A stretch of DNA of 64,000 bases from Patescibacteria group bacterium (GCA_035479015.1 DATIJC010000002.1:9777-73776), one strand, 5' to 3'. Positions 8,781 to 18,800 are shown, numbered from the stretch's first letter. Notes: a model not told the origin generated them from the letters alone. A program made the numbers and translations.

Positions 8781-10895
8781 ATGGGAAAGTTCCAACTCAA
8801 AGCTCCATACACCCCAATGGGTGATCAGCCGCAGTGCATAAATGCACTCACAGCTGGATTTTCTGGTGGAGTGAAAGATCAAGTACTCTTGGGCGTCACT
8901 GGTAGCGGCAAGACATACACCGTGGCCAATGTCATCCAAAACTTACAAAAACCCACCCTAGTGATTGCCCACAACAAGACGCTCGCAGCACAGCTCTACC
9001 AAGAATTCCGTGATTTTTTCCCTGACAACGCGGTCAGTTACTTCGTCTCGTATTACGATTACTATCAGCCGGAAAGTTATATCCCCAGCACAGACACATA
9101 TATTGAAAAAGAGACACAGATCAACGATGAGATCGACAAACTCAGGCTAAGTGCCACAACTAATTTGTTAACACGTCCAGACTGCATTGTGGTGGCTTCC
9201 GTATCATGTATCTATAACCTTGGTTCTCCCGTAGAGTATGGCAAAAATATTTTAGAACTTGTTGAAGGAGAACTACTTTCCCGCCAGAGCATCCTCACGC
9301 AATTAACCAATTTGCAATATGTGCGCAATGACATGGATTTAGCGCGAGGGACATTCAGAGTTCGTGGAGAAAATATTCAAATTTGGCCAGCTTATCAAGA
9401 TAACGCGCTAACTCTACAAATGCTAGGCAACCAGATTGAGAAGATCAAGACTATCGACCCAACTAGCGGCAACACGATAGAGAATGAAAATCCTTCCAAG
9501 CGCTTTGTACTATATCCGGCCAAACATTACACTACAAATCCTCTAACCCAAGAAGAATCCATTGCGCAGATAGAAACGGATTTAAAAATTCGCACAGAGA
9601 CTTTACGCAGTGCAGGAAAAGTGCTTGAGGCATATAGACTGGAGCAGAAAGTTCACTACGACCTCGACATGATACGGGAATTAGGGTTTGTAAATGGTAT
9701 AGAAAATTACTCACGCTACTTCGATGGTAGGAATCCCGGTGATCCACCCTTTACTCTATTGGATTACTTTGCCGAAAACGCAAAGATCTTTCATTCAGGA
9801 TCCTTTTTGACTGTGGTTGATGAAAGTCATATTACTATTCCACAGGTCCGCGGCATGTATAACGGAGATCAATCACGCAAATCCACTCTTATTGATTACG
9901 GTTTCCGCTTGCCATCAGCACTGGATAACCGCCCATTAAAATTTGATGAATTTTTGAGGAACGTTGACCAGACTCTATTTGTCAGCGCTACACCGTCGCC
10001 TTGGGAAGTATCGATGAGCGATGGTCATGTTGTAGAGCAACTTATACGCCCTACGGGCGTGATTGAGCCAATAATCGAGGTCCGCGGCAGCGAAGGACAG
10101 ATTGATAATCTAATCAAAGAAATTATGGCTCGCAAAGCCTTGGGGCAACGTGTTCTGGTCACCACAATTACAAAACGGATGGCAGAAGTACTCACAGATT
10201 ATCTAAATGACGAAAAGAAAGTGACACAGGCTGCAAGCCGTGTCATCCCAGAACCTGGCGTGCAACGCCAAGTATCCGGGATCCAGCTCCTAAAGGTTGC
10301 ATATTTGCACTCTGATATAGAGACTCTAGACCGATTGGATATTTTGGCTGATCTGCGTAGTGGTGTATATGACGTGCTGGTGGGCATAAATCTTCTGCGT
10401 GAAGGCTTAGATTTACCCGAGGTCACACTGGTGGCGATCTTGGATGCAGATAAAGAAGGGTTCTTGCGTTCTGCTCCCTCTTTAATTCAAATCATGGGTC
10501 GAGCAGCACGTCATCAGGATGGCAAAGTGATCTTATATGCTGACCGGGTTACTGGTTCTATGCAAGTTGCCATGGATGAAATTTTCCGCCGGCGCGAAAT
10601 ACAACTCGCCTACAACGAAAAACACAACATTACACCAATCACGATCATCAAGCCGATCCGCAAAGAATTAATCACCCGCAAGAAAGAAGAGACCGAAGAC
10701 TCACCGACGCGAGGAAGAATTCAGTTGGATAAACATACGAAGATAGATCTTGATCAAGTCGACCCCGAAAGCATGACGCCGCAGGATAAAGAAAAGTTAA
10801 AGAAGCAACTCACCCGGAAAATGAATGATGCAGCACGGCTCTGGAACTTCGAGCTAGCTGCAAGGCTGCGCGATACAATCACTACCCTTTCATAA
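8781..10895 (+). CDS. uvrB: Excinuclease ABC subunit B
   Basis: GVTGSGKT, YYDYYQPE beta-hairpin, DESH, GINLLREGLD, C-terminal FELAARLRD. Confidence 0.98.
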   Translation: MGKFQLKAPYTPMGDQPQCINALTAGFSGGVKDQVLLGVTGSGKTYTVANVIQNLQKPTLVIAHNKTLAAQLYQEFRDFFPDNAVSYFVSYYDYYQPESYIPSTDTYIEKETQINDEIDKLRLSATTNLLTRPDCIVVASVSCIYNLGSPVEYGKNILELVEGELLSRQSILTQLTNLQYVRNDMDLARGTFRVRGENIQIWPAYQDNALTLQMLGNQIEKIKTIDPTSGNTIENENPSKRFVLYPAKHYTTNPLTQEESIAQIETDLKIRTETLRSAGKVLEAYRLEQKVHYDLDMIRELGFVNGIENYSRYFDGRNPGDPPFTLLDYFAENAKIFHSGSFLTVVDESHITIPQVRGMYNGDQSRKSTLIDYGFRLPSALDNRPLKFDEFLRNVDQTLFVSATPSPWEVSMSDGHVVEQLIRPTGVIEPIIEVRGSEGQIDNLIKEIMARKALGQRVLVTTITKRMAEVLTDYLNDEKKVTQAASRVIPEPGVQRQVSGIQLLKVAYLHSDIETLDRLDILADLRSGVYDVLVGINLLREGLDLPEVTLVAILDADKEGFLRSAPSLIQIMGRAARHQDGKVILYADRVTGSMQVAMDEIFRRREIQLAYNEKHNITPITIIKPIRKELITRKKEETEDSPTRGRIQLDKHTKIDLDQVDPESMTPQDKEKLKKQLTRKMNDAARLWNFELAARLRDTITTLS
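10241..10286 (+). repeat. TGTCAT..GGATCCAG palindromic element, in frame within uvrB
   Basis: TGTCATCCCAGAACCTGGCGTGCAACGCCAAGTATCCGGGATCCAG, encoding VIPEPGVQRQVSGIQ. Homologous to 52282-52326. Confidence 0.85.
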
Positions 10896-11892
10896 GTCGG
10901 TCAAGCTCCGGTGATAGCTCACGTGCCAATGCACGCAATACGATGAAGACTGGTACCGCCAACAGCGCACCTATTGCACCACCAAATCTCGCACCTCCAA
11001 GGAGTAATACTATTGATATTAATGGACTGATTCCGACTGCGTTACGCATGACTTGTGGGACTATGATGTGATTCTCTAATTGTTGTACCAATATATACAA
11101 AACCAAGGTAACTACACCCATTATTGGAGAAACCAAGAATGACGCCACGAGTATGGCGGGGATCGCTGAAAGCGTTGGCCCGATATTTGGCAGTGCTTCC
11201 AAAATTCCCGCAAGGATAGAAAGCGGCAATGCATACGGAATATTTAAGACTGTCAAACCAATAAATGTCATTATTCCGATCGTTAACATCAAAATGAACT
11301 CTCCGCGTACCCATCCACCTAAGTCTTTTTCAATTTGCGCAACCAACTTCCTTCCCCGTTCTTCTTTATCATCAGTGCGAAATAGTATCATCGCGTACCT
11401 ATAGAGACGGTCCCGCTCTACTAAGAAATAGAGCGACATAACAAGTACCGTAAATAAAGAGAAAATAACAGAGAATGTCGATTGCACAAAATGCAGAACG
11501 GCACCAAGTGATGCTCCATATTGTGAGACCAATCCAGTAAGCTCAGTAGCTGTCAATTGTAAATGTGTCAGTGCTTTCAAGAATGACAAATTCGGCAAGT
11601 CAAATTGTGAGAATAGCCGGATCGTTTGATCCGCGAGCGGCGGTATGAGCGTAGCCCCCATCACCACAAAGAAGCCTACTAAGATCACATACACTACGAG
11701 AATTGCAGCGATACGTGAGAATCGAAGCCGCTGAAGACGGGACACCAAGGGTTCCAGTGCAGTCATTAGCACAAATGCGATCATGAGCAGGATCACGATG
11801 TCGATAGCACGCAAGAATATATACACTGCTGCGATAAATAGACCGATAGAAAACAGGGTCTTCAGTGAGATATCAATACGAAGGTTTTTCAT
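10882..11892 (-). CDS. AI-2E family transporter
   Basis: Multi-TM protein with LPNIGP and QQLENHIIVPQVM motifs. Confidence 0.9.
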   Translation of the reverse strand: MKNLRIDISLKTLFSIGLFIAAVYIFLRAIDIVILLMIAFVLMTALEPLVSRLQRLRFSRIAAILVVYVILVGFFVVMGATLIPPLADQTIRLFSQFDLPNLSFLKALTHLQLTATELTGLVSQYGASLGAVLHFVQSTFSVIFSLFTVLVMSLYFLVERDRLYRYAMILFRTDDKEERGRKLVAQIEKDLGGWVRGEFILMLTIGIMTFIGLTVLNIPYALPLSILAGILEALPNIGPTLSAIPAILVASFLVSPIMGVVTLVLYILVQQLENHIIVPQVMRNAVGISPLISIVLLLGGARFGGAIGALLAVPVFIVLRALARELSPELDRLMKG

Positions 11893-11896
11893 GACT

Positions 11897-12766
11897 TTAA
11901 TTGTAGCAGTCAATCCATTCAATTTCACTTCTTGTTTTCCACCACGTCATTTGTCGCTTTGCATACTGCGCTTCATGCAGGGTCCACAATTGGACTAGAC
12001 CGACTTTATCGATTTTTCCCTTTACAAATTCTTCAAGTTCCTTGTACCCCAGTGCGCTCTTTGCCTCTAGCGTCCAGTTGGGATATTTTTCTAGCAGTTT
12101 TTTATACTCTTCTATGGCTCCTTGCTCTAGCCTTTTTATCACCCTGTCTCGGATTCGTTTCTCAAGATCTTCTTTATCTACTCGTAAACCAATCCACACT
12201 GGATCCCGGATAAGGCTAGAAGACGCCTTTACCGGGATGACAGCTGAAGCTGTCACTTCGATCGCTCTGATTAACCGGCGTGGATTATTTCTGTCCGAAT
12301 TGTTCATTAACTGAAATCTCTCGGGATTCAGTTTTTTTAGTCTTTCTTGTAAATCAATTACAGAAAGTTTTTCGAGCACTCCGCGTAGTTCTTGATTTGG
12401 TTTTACGCCTACAGATTCCGGAGTATCTAGTAGTGACAAAAAGTACTGTGGTGTACCGACGACAATAAGTAGTTGATGATCTTCTTCCTCTGACTTTATT
12501 ATTACATTTCGAGCATATTCCACAAACTGTGCCACTGACCACTGTTCATCAGGATCTACCAAATCAACTCCAAAAATTTGGATTTTGGATTTTGGAATTT
12601 GGAATTTATCCAGGTCTTTTCCAGTGACAATATTTTGTCCCCGATACACTTGTTTCGAATCAACTACCAAAATATCTACAGGATTTTTACTCTGACTCGC
12701 GAGCTTTATCGCATAATCAGTTTTCCCTGATGCTGTTGGACCAACTATAACTATTGGAGTGCTCAT
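11897..12766 (-). CDS. miaA: tRNA dimethylallyltransferase
   Basis: GPTASGKT, DSKQVYRG, RRLIRAIE, ALGYKE, YAKRQMTW. Confidence 0.93.
   Translation of the reverse strand: MSTPIVIVGPTASGKTDYAIKLASQSKNPVDILVVDSKQVYRGQNIVTGKDLDKFQIPKSKIQIFGVDLVDPDEQWSVAQFVEYARNVIIKSEEEDHQLLIVVGTPQYFLSLLDTPESVGVKPNQELRGVLEKLSVIDLQERLKKLNPERFQLMNNSDRNNPRRLIRAIEVTASAVIPVKASSSLIRDPVWIGLRVDKEDLEKRIRDRVIKRLEQGAIEEYKKLLEKYPNWTLEAKSALGYKELEEFVKGKIDKVGLVQLWTLHEAQYAKRQMTWWKTRSEIEWIDCYN
12199..12242 (-). repeat. TGTCAT..GGATCCAG palindromic element, in frame within miaA
   Basis: Minus strand TGTCATCCCGGTAAAGGCGTCTTCTAGCCTTATCCGGGATCCAG, encoding VIPVKASSSLIRDP. Similar to 38324-38370. Confidence 0.85.
12575..12609 (-). 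repeat. Heptamer tandem run translated inside miaA
   Basis: taaattc caaattc caaaatc caaaatc caaattt, encoding KFQIPKSKIQI. Confidence 0.8.
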
Positions 12767-12772
12767 ATTTTA

Positions 12773-12848
12773 AGGCCGGAGCAGTGATAATTTTTGGACG
12801 CGCAGTCATGTGAAACGCGCGAGCATCCAAAAATGCACTGCGAGGCCT
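12773..12848. repeat. Long imperfect hairpin element (second family) between miaB-like and miaA
   Basis: aggcc/ggcct, gcagtg/cactgc and tttttgga/tccaaaaa stems around CGCGCAG..CGCGAGCA. The core is shared with 30876-30953. Confidence 0.7.
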
Positions 12849-14010
12849 ACACTACCTTAGGTCTCATGGATAAATTATCTTTATTAATTATTTGATCCAA
12901 GATCTCCCAGCGCCGCTTCTTTTCCTTTTGCGGTACATCATCGGCGTACAATCTAAAACCTGCTGTGCCAGGCCGAGGGCTGTACTGTGCTACAAATCCT
13001 AACTTCCAATCCATCTCTTTAGCAAATTCCACTGTCTCCTCAAATTCACTTACTGTCTCACCAGAGAAACCGACAATGATATCGGAGCCAATCACTACAT
13101 CGGGAACTTTACTTCGAAGTTTTCGAATCAATTCCCGGTAATGTTCTTTTGTGTACCCGCGGTTCATGCGGTAGAGCACGCTGTTACTTCCCGACTGGAC
13201 CGGTAAATGAATGAAGCGATCAATTTTAGGATTGTTTGCGATCTCGCAAATAAGACTATCCGGGAAATCCCAAGGATTACTGGTCAGGAACCTGATAACT
13301 TTGATTTGAGGAAACTTTGAAACCTCCCGCAGCAAATCTACAAACGGAGGCACCCCATCTGCTTTCTCATACTGACTGCTGTTATCCGGAATCTCTTCGC
13401 GGGATAACTGTTCCTGATTCTCCCGCATTAGCATCTTGCGCATTCCTATACCTTCTTTTTCCAATCCCCAGGAGTTCACATTTTGCCCCAGTAGGGTTAC
13501 CTCACTAAAGCCGGAATTTGCCAACCGTTCTACCTCTTCCAAGATACTTTCCATGGAGCGCGACTGTTCACGCCCCCGTGAATACGGAACTATGCAGTAG
13601 GTGCAGAACGAATTACATCCTGCACTTATAGGAACCCAGGCGTGCTTTTTGTCCTTGCGGACTGCAGCCTGATTAAATCCAACCTCGTTAATGGGTAAAA
13701 TTTCATCCACCATGGGGAGAATTTCATAGAGCTTGGTAGCTCCATGATGCGTCATACATCCGGTCAGGATAATTTTGGGACGTTTTTTCCCTGTCAGCGT
13801 GAAATACTTGACTACATTAAGTAGAAACCCTTTGACTCGGTCTTCGGCAGATTGGCGGATTGCACAGGTGTTGACAATAATCTCATCCGCTTTATGCCAG
13901 TCTAGAGTTGCCACAAATCCGCGGGCTTCATAGTCTCCAGCCACTCGCTCAGAATCTGACTTGTTGCTCTGGCACCCGAACGTGTGAATGAAATAGGTTC
14001 TTGAACTCAT
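12847..14010 (-). CDS. miaB: MiaB-family radical SAM methylthiotransferase (no TRAM domain)
   Basis: TFGCQSN, NTCAIR and GCM cysteines, CNSFCTYC radical SAM motif, HLPVQSGS, YSPRPGT; adjacent to miaA. Confidence 0.85.
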   Translation of the reverse strand: MSSRTYFIHTFGCQSNKSDSERVAGDYEARGFVATLDWHKADEIIVNTCAIRQSAEDRVKGFLLNVVKYFTLTGKKRPKIILTGCMTHHGATKLYEILPMVDEILPINEVGFNQAAVRKDKKHAWVPISAGCNSFCTYCIVPYSRGREQSRSMESILEEVERLANSGFSEVTLLGQNVNSWGLEKEGIGMRKMLMRENQEQLSREEIPDNSSQYEKADGVPPFVDLLREVSKFPQIKVIRFLTSNPWDFPDSLICEIANNPKIDRFIHLPVQSGSNSVLYRMNRGYTKEHYRELIRKLRSKVPDVVIGSDIIVGFSGETVSEFEETVEFAKEMDWKLGFVAQYSPRPGTAGFRLYADDVPQKEKKRRWEILDQIINKDNLSMRPKVV

Positions 14011-14035
14011 ATCCCTGCCTGCCCTCCAAAACAAT

Positions 14036-14079
14036 CAGATTGCAATACGGCTGAATAAGCCGTTAGTGTAACATCTGAT
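14036..14079 (-). promoter_or_regulatory. Intergenic hairpin upstream of the miaB-like gene
   Basis: atcagat/atctgat and acggct/agccgt nested inverted repeats; function unknown. Confidence 0.4.
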
Positions 14080-14108
14080 GTGTAGGAGGGTATTTTAACA
14101 GAGTTGTC

Positions 14109-14714
14109 CTATTTCCCACCGGAAAGCTGACGGTAGATGCTAGCATTGGTGAGGAGCACGACCGGGATGGCTACAAATACGCCTACACCCAGAGCCAACG
14201 CTCCAAGCAACATGATGCCCCAATAGACAATTATCAAGCCCAACAAGTGCAGTACGTTTCCACTCGTGGCTGCCCAACTGGCTTTCAGTGCATCTACTGG
14301 TCCTAGCTTTCTGTCTACCACATAGAATGTCGTCAGACTCAGGCGCAATGCAATATATATACCTGGCAAAACGAGAGCAATGAACCCTAAAAACACACAT
14401 AAACCCATAAGCAGCACAGCGACGAAGTAATTAATAAACAGATCATAGTGCGTATAGAGTTCCTTCCAAACAGGTTTCCTACCGTCAAGAAGCTTTAAGG
14501 CAATGACAATCATGCCAATACCGACGATGAGCTGATATACAAAAGAAAGCAGCATCATACCTGGCTGGGCGAACCTTGGTGTCCCCGCCAACACAATTCT
14601 CGGCACAAAAAATGCGAGGAACTCTACCCCCAGCAGGAACCAAATATTTTTTTTGGTGATCTCCCAAGCCTTGTTTACCGAATCACCTATAGTAAATGAG
14701 CGTGTATTTGCCAT
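14109..14714 (-). CDS. Integral membrane protein (DUF975-like)
   Basis: Multi-TM protein with LVLPGIY..L..F..VD..GP..ALKASW pattern. Confidence 0.7.
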   Translation of the reverse strand: MANTRSFTIGDSVNKAWEITKKNIWFLLGVEFLAFFVPRIVLAGTPRFAQPGMMLLSFVYQLIVGIGMIVIALKLLDGRKPVWKELYTHYDLFINYFVAVLLMGLCVFLGFIALVLPGIYIALRLSLTTFYVVDRKLGPVDALKASWAATSGNVLHLLGLIIVYWGIMLLGALALGVGVFVAIPVVLLTNASIYRQLSGGK

Positions 14715-14749
14715 ATCTGAATGCCTCCTGAAATAAGAATAGCAAGTCT

Positions 14750-15964
14750 TTATTCGTAGCGCAAGGCCTCTATGGGAGAGAGTTTACTGGCCCGGCGGGC
14801 TGGTATCGCGCCAAAAATAATCCCTATCGCAGCAGATACCCCAAATGCTAGAGCGACTGCCCCAGGAGTCACTACTGCGGGTATAAATTTATTCACGGCA
14901 AGAGTTAATAAATATGCAAGAAGTGTACCAATTGCTCCACCAAACAAAGAGAGAGTAGCCGCTTCAATCACAAATTGCGTGAGAATGACGTTTGGTGTAG
15001 CACCAAGAGCTTTTCGCAGTCCTATTTCGCGCGTCCTCTCAATGACCGAGACCAGCATTATATTCAATATCCCTATACCACCCACTACTAGAGAGATGGC
15101 CGCGATCCCACCCAAGCCAACTGTGAGCACGCCCAGGACTTGATTGATCGTAGACAGAATTTGCGTCTGGTCGACGACAGAGAAATCATCTTTTTTATAT
15201 CTTTTCAAGAGTTCTTTTTTGATTGCGTCAATTGCCTCCGGCATTTTCTCCCGTGAAACTGCTTGTATCGTAATCTGGGTGATATGCGTCCCGTTTGAGG
15301 TTCGCATCAAGAGATCAATAGGCACGTACACGATGGTATCGAAGCTGGGACCACCCAGGCCCCCACTGCCGCGTGACTCAGTCACACCAATAATTTGATA
15401 CGAGACAGATCCAATGCGAATTTTCTTCCCAATCGGATCTGCTTGACCAAATAGCGTCTTGGCGATCTCTGGACCAACTACCGCCACTCTTGCACCCGTC
15501 TTATTTTGCTCATCAGTGAAAAACGTGCCTTTTGTAATCTTTGTGCTGGTTATAGTTTGAAAAGCTTTGGTAGTCCCGTAGATTGTAGTTTTTTTAGAGT
15601 TATTTCCATATGTGACACTGGAAAAAGCAGTAAACTCTGGCGTGGCGTCAACAACAAATTCGCGTAAACGTAAGATTGAATCAACATCGCGCAGCACTAA
15701 TTTATTCGTAGCGATTGCCGACTGTTGACTTTGTGGATTGAAACCGCCACCACCGAAAATATCTCCTGGCAACACATAAATATTCGTCGCACCAAATGAA
15801 TTAAACTGTTTCGTAATGTAGGCTTGGATTCCATTTCCAATTGCGGTGAGTAGTATGACGGAAGCGACGCCAATGATGATCCCGAGCATCGTGAGAAACG
15901 AGCGTGTCTTATTGGTAAAGATCGCATGTATCGCAATTGCGAATGCACTAGTAAATGATTCCAT
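14750..15964 (-). CDS. ABC transporter permease, MacB/FtsX family
   Basis: RSFLTMLGIIIGV, VGGIGILNIMLVSVIERTREIGLRKALGA, PIEALRYE. Confidence 0.95.
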   Translation of the reverse strand: MESFTSAFAIAIHAIFTNKTRSFLTMLGIIIGVASVILLTAIGNGIQAYITKQFNSFGATNIYVLPGDIFGGGGFNPQSQQSAIATNKLVLRDVDSILRLREFVVDATPEFTAFSSVTYGNNSKKTTIYGTTKAFQTITSTKITKGTFFTDEQNKTGARVAVVGPEIAKTLFGQADPIGKKIRIGSVSYQIIGVTESRGSGGLGGPSFDTIVYVPIDLLMRTSNGTHITQITIQAVSREKMPEAIDAIKKELLKRYKKDDFSVVDQTQILSTINQVLGVLTVGLGGIAAISLVVGGIGILNIMLVSVIERTREIGLRKALGATPNVILTQFVIEAATLSLFGGAIGTLLAYLLTLAVNKFIPAVVTPGAVALAFGVSAAIGIIFGAIPARRASKLSPIEALRYE

Positions 15965-15975
15965 AGTATTTTTGT

Positions 15976-16729
15976 TGTCATTCCTGCGAAGGCAGGAATC
16001 CAGTCAACAAAGATCCAATTATGCTATCTGTTTTAAGATATTCTTTCTTGTATATTCGACATCCCTGGATTTAGTCGCCAAATCGAGCATGATATTTACA
16101 CCATCTATTATTCCTAACCTGTTACGCACGATATACGCAACCCCATCAATTGCAATGGAAAATGGTTTTATTTCTTCTCCAAAAATTGATGCTACAATCT
16201 TTTTTATTTCGTTCTCCGAAAGAGTGGTGTCTATATCAATTTGAACATGTGGTAACCAATATTCAGCTCGCTGATCACTTGTTTTTTCAATCGGAACCAT
16301 TTCAATCATCGGATCTTTCCAATTGCTAGTATCACCTACGAAAAACCATAACCCTTCATCATTGGATGGTTCAATATATAAATGAAGTTTAGGATTAATG
16401 GACCGAATTAGTCTTTCTTGTTCCAACTTTTGTGATTCAACTTTGTAACAAAAGCCTACGTGGTTCAATCTAACGATAGCTTTTTTTTGAGTCAATTCAC
16501 GTATAAGTTGTTTGACACGTTTTATTTCAACAAACTGATCTTTAAGAATACTTTTATGAGCCAATAACAACGGCATGATTTCACCAACTGGCTTAAGATT
16601 TTGTTCGTCAATAAAATTCGCCAAATTAGTAGTGGGAAGCTCTTCTGAAATTTCGTTTAACATCCTTGTTAATTTCGATTGCATATTGAGTTACTTATTG
16701 TCTGGATCCCTGCCTTCGCAGGGATGACA
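15976..16729. mobile_element. Palindrome-doublet-bounded single-gene cassette
   Basis: Inverted arms at 15976-16003 and 16702-16729, whose inner flanks match the empty doublet at 58608-58699, enclose one ORF inside the ABC operon. Mobility is inferred. Confidence 0.6.
16019..16684 (-). CDS. Hypothetical protein, possibly VOC/glyoxalase-like fold; cargo of the cassette
   Basis: 221 aa and visibly AT-rich. LNHVGF..MIEMVP..HVQIDID spacing is reminiscent of VOC proteins (inference). Confidence 0.65.
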   Translation of the reverse strand: MQSKLTRMLNEISEELPTTNLANFIDEQNLKPVGEIMPLLLAHKSILKDQFVEIKRVKQLIRELTQKKAIVRLNHVGFCYKVESQKLEQERLIRSINPKLHLYIEPSNDEGLWFFVGDTSNWKDPMIEMVPIEKTSDQRAEYWLPHVQIDIDTTLSENEIKKIVASIFGEEIKPFSIAIDGVAYIVRNRLGIIDGVNIMLDLATKSRDVEYTRKNILKQIA

Positions 16730-16737
16730 GACATAAA

Positions 16738-17430
16738 TTATTTTATTTTCTTGTGTTTTGAGTCCGAAAGGATTTTTCCATCTCTCACGATAATCTGACG
16801 CTTGGCGTGCTGGGCGATCTCCTGTTCATGTGTTACCAGCACAATGGTTGCGCCTTCATCTTTGTGCAGTTTGCCAAAGAGCTCGATAATCTCATCGCTA
16901 GATTTACTATCCAGATTCCCCGTCGGTTCGTCAGCAAAAATGATAGCAGGCTTAGTGACTAGTGCTCTAGCAATGGCGACACGCTGTTGTTGACCGCCGG
17001 AGAGCTGCGAGCGGGTGTTATGTATCCGATCTCCCAAGCCTACACGCTCTAATTCTTCCCGCGCCCGGCGTTCACGCTCCGCCGCAGAGACATTGCCATA
17101 CAAAAGGGGAAGTGCAACATTCTCTAGTGCTGATACTTTTGGGAGTAAATTAAATTGCTGGAAGACAAAACCGATCTCTCTATTTCGAAGACCCGCTAAT
17201 TGCGTTTCATTATATTTTTGCACTTGTTTATCTTTGAGCCAGACTTCACCCACTGTTGGGACATCTAACATACTCATAATATGAAGCAGCGTGGACTTGC
17301 CCGATCCCGAAGGTCCCATGATACTTACATACTCTCCGGCATCAATATCCAAGCTCAAGTCATCCAGGGCATTAATTTGTTGATCACCAAGACTATAGAT
17401 CTTGGAAACATGAACGAGGCGAAGAAGCAT
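16738..17430 (-). CDS. ABC transporter ATP-binding protein (MacB/LolD type)
   Basis: GPSGSGKST, LSGGQQQRVAIARAL, DEPTGNLD, VTH. Confidence 0.96.
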   Translation of the reverse strand: MLLRLVHVSKIYSLGDQQINALDDLSLDIDAGEYVSIMGPSGSGKSTLLHIMSMLDVPTVGEVWLKDKQVQKYNETQLAGLRNREIGFVFQQFNLLPKVSALENVALPLLYGNVSAAERERRAREELERVGLGDRIHNTRSQLSGGQQQRVAIARALVTKPAIIFADEPTGNLDSKSSDEIIELFGKLHKDEGATIVLVTHEQEIAQHAKRQIIVRDGKILSDSKHKKIK

Positions 17431-17438
17431 ATATGATC

Positions 17439-18473
17439 CTATTTAGGAATTGCAATCGAATCGGATTGTGAAATTCCGGAAAGTATCTCAATCGCGGTGT
17501 CGCCTTCCAGACCAATTTGAACCTCTTGTTCTTTTGGCTTGTTTGGATCAGATGTTTGTACTCGCACATATGTTTTCCCGTCATGGGAAACCGTAGCGTC
17601 AGCGGGAACTGTCAATACATTGCTTTTTTTGGCAACCTCAATATGCATGCTGCCTGTAAGACCTAGGCGGAACATTCGGACATCCTCACCCAGCACCGGC
17701 GCACGGACAACAAAGACTGTTCCCCCACTCGTATCCGACGAAATGCTTGCAACGTAGGCAATTTTTCCCAAAGTCGTAGTAAAATCTTTCTCCTGATATG
17801 CATCAAGCTTCACCGTCACTGGCATACCAGACGAGACAGATCCAATATCAGATTCATCTACTTCGCCGACGAACTCTAGTGACATTGGGTCCACGATCGT
17901 AAATGTGTCCGCAGCAGTGACATACTCACCAGCTACAGTGACAGGAGATTTTACTAAGATCCCATCTATCGGAGACACCAGTGAACTATTTTTTATTGCA
18001 ATGCTTTGAAGCTGTACTCCTATGACAGCATTATCTAAAGATAGTTGCTGCGTTTTTGCCAGCGTCTCTAGCGTACTGGTGATCGCGCTATCTTTTCTAT
18101 CTTTCAGTCCTTGCTCAAAGGACAACCGGTTCGTCATGTAGTCATTTAATGATTTCTGCAAACTCGCCCGCAGGTCTGCCGTATCGATTGTTGCAATACG
18201 CTGTCCCTTTTTGACGCTGTCACCTTCTTGTGCTCCCACCCAAACGATTTTCCCCCCGCCCAAAAACTTCAAGTCACTTGTACGCGCGGCGCTGACACGT
18301 GCCGTCACATCCAAGGTCTTTACCACATCCTGACGGATTGGATTTTGATATGCAAAGAGTACCTCTGGCTTTTTCCGCAATCTGCCCATCACAATAACGA
18401 GCAGAATAAGTGCAATTAGTACAAGGTACCAGCGTTTTTTTAAGAGCGAAACAATCTTTGAAAAAATTGCCAT
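17439..18473 (-). CDS. Efflux periplasmic adaptor subunit (MacA-like)
   Basis: N-terminal TM helix, EGDSVKKGQ, SPIDG, VDESDI, EILSG. Confidence 0.9.
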   Translation of the reverse strand: MAIFSKIVSLLKKRWYLVLIALILLVIVMGRLRKKPEVLFAYQNPIRQDVVKTLDVTARVSAARTSDLKFLGGGKIVWVGAQEGDSVKKGQRIATIDTADLRASLQKSLNDYMTNRLSFEQGLKDRKDSAITSTLETLAKTQQLSLDNAVIGVQLQSIAIKNSSLVSPIDGILVKSPVTVAGEYVTAADTFTIVDPMSLEFVGEVDESDIGSVSSGMPVTVKLDAYQEKDFTTTLGKIAYVASISSDTSGGTVFVVRAPVLGEDVRMFRLGLTGSMHIEVAKKSNVLTVPADATVSHDGKTYVRVQTSDPNKPKEQEVQIGLEGDTAIEILSGISQSDSIAIPK

Positions 18474-18491
18474 AACGCGTTATTATACCTC

Positions 18492-18800
18492 GTGACCAAG
18501 TTTAGCGCATACTACCAACAGATGTGGGAAGAGAACGAAACCGCCTTGCGGAAATTTCAAGATGCCCACGATACCTACAAAGCGAACCAGCGTAATACTG
18601 GGGCCAAAACTGCCTTTGATACTGTAGGTAAAGAAGTTCTTGAATTGATTCACACCTGGGACCAGCGCTTGTGTACACAAATGGAACGAGGTAAAAATGG
18701 GGTCTTCTCTTCTAAAGTCTCCGAGAAATTCTGGGCCGAAGTAAAGAAAGATTTCCCTCTTATTGATCTCGTCGGCGTCGAGGTTTCATTCGCGCAGTAA
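18492..18800 (+). CDS. Hypothetical protein
   Basis: 102-aa helical-looking ORF, divergent from the adaptor gene, GTG start. Confidence 0.7.
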   Translation: MTKFSAYYQQMWEENETALRKFQDAHDTYKANQRNTGAKTAFDTVGKEVLELIHTWDQRLCTQMERGKNGVFSSKVSEKFWAEVKKDFPLIDLVGVEVSFAQ

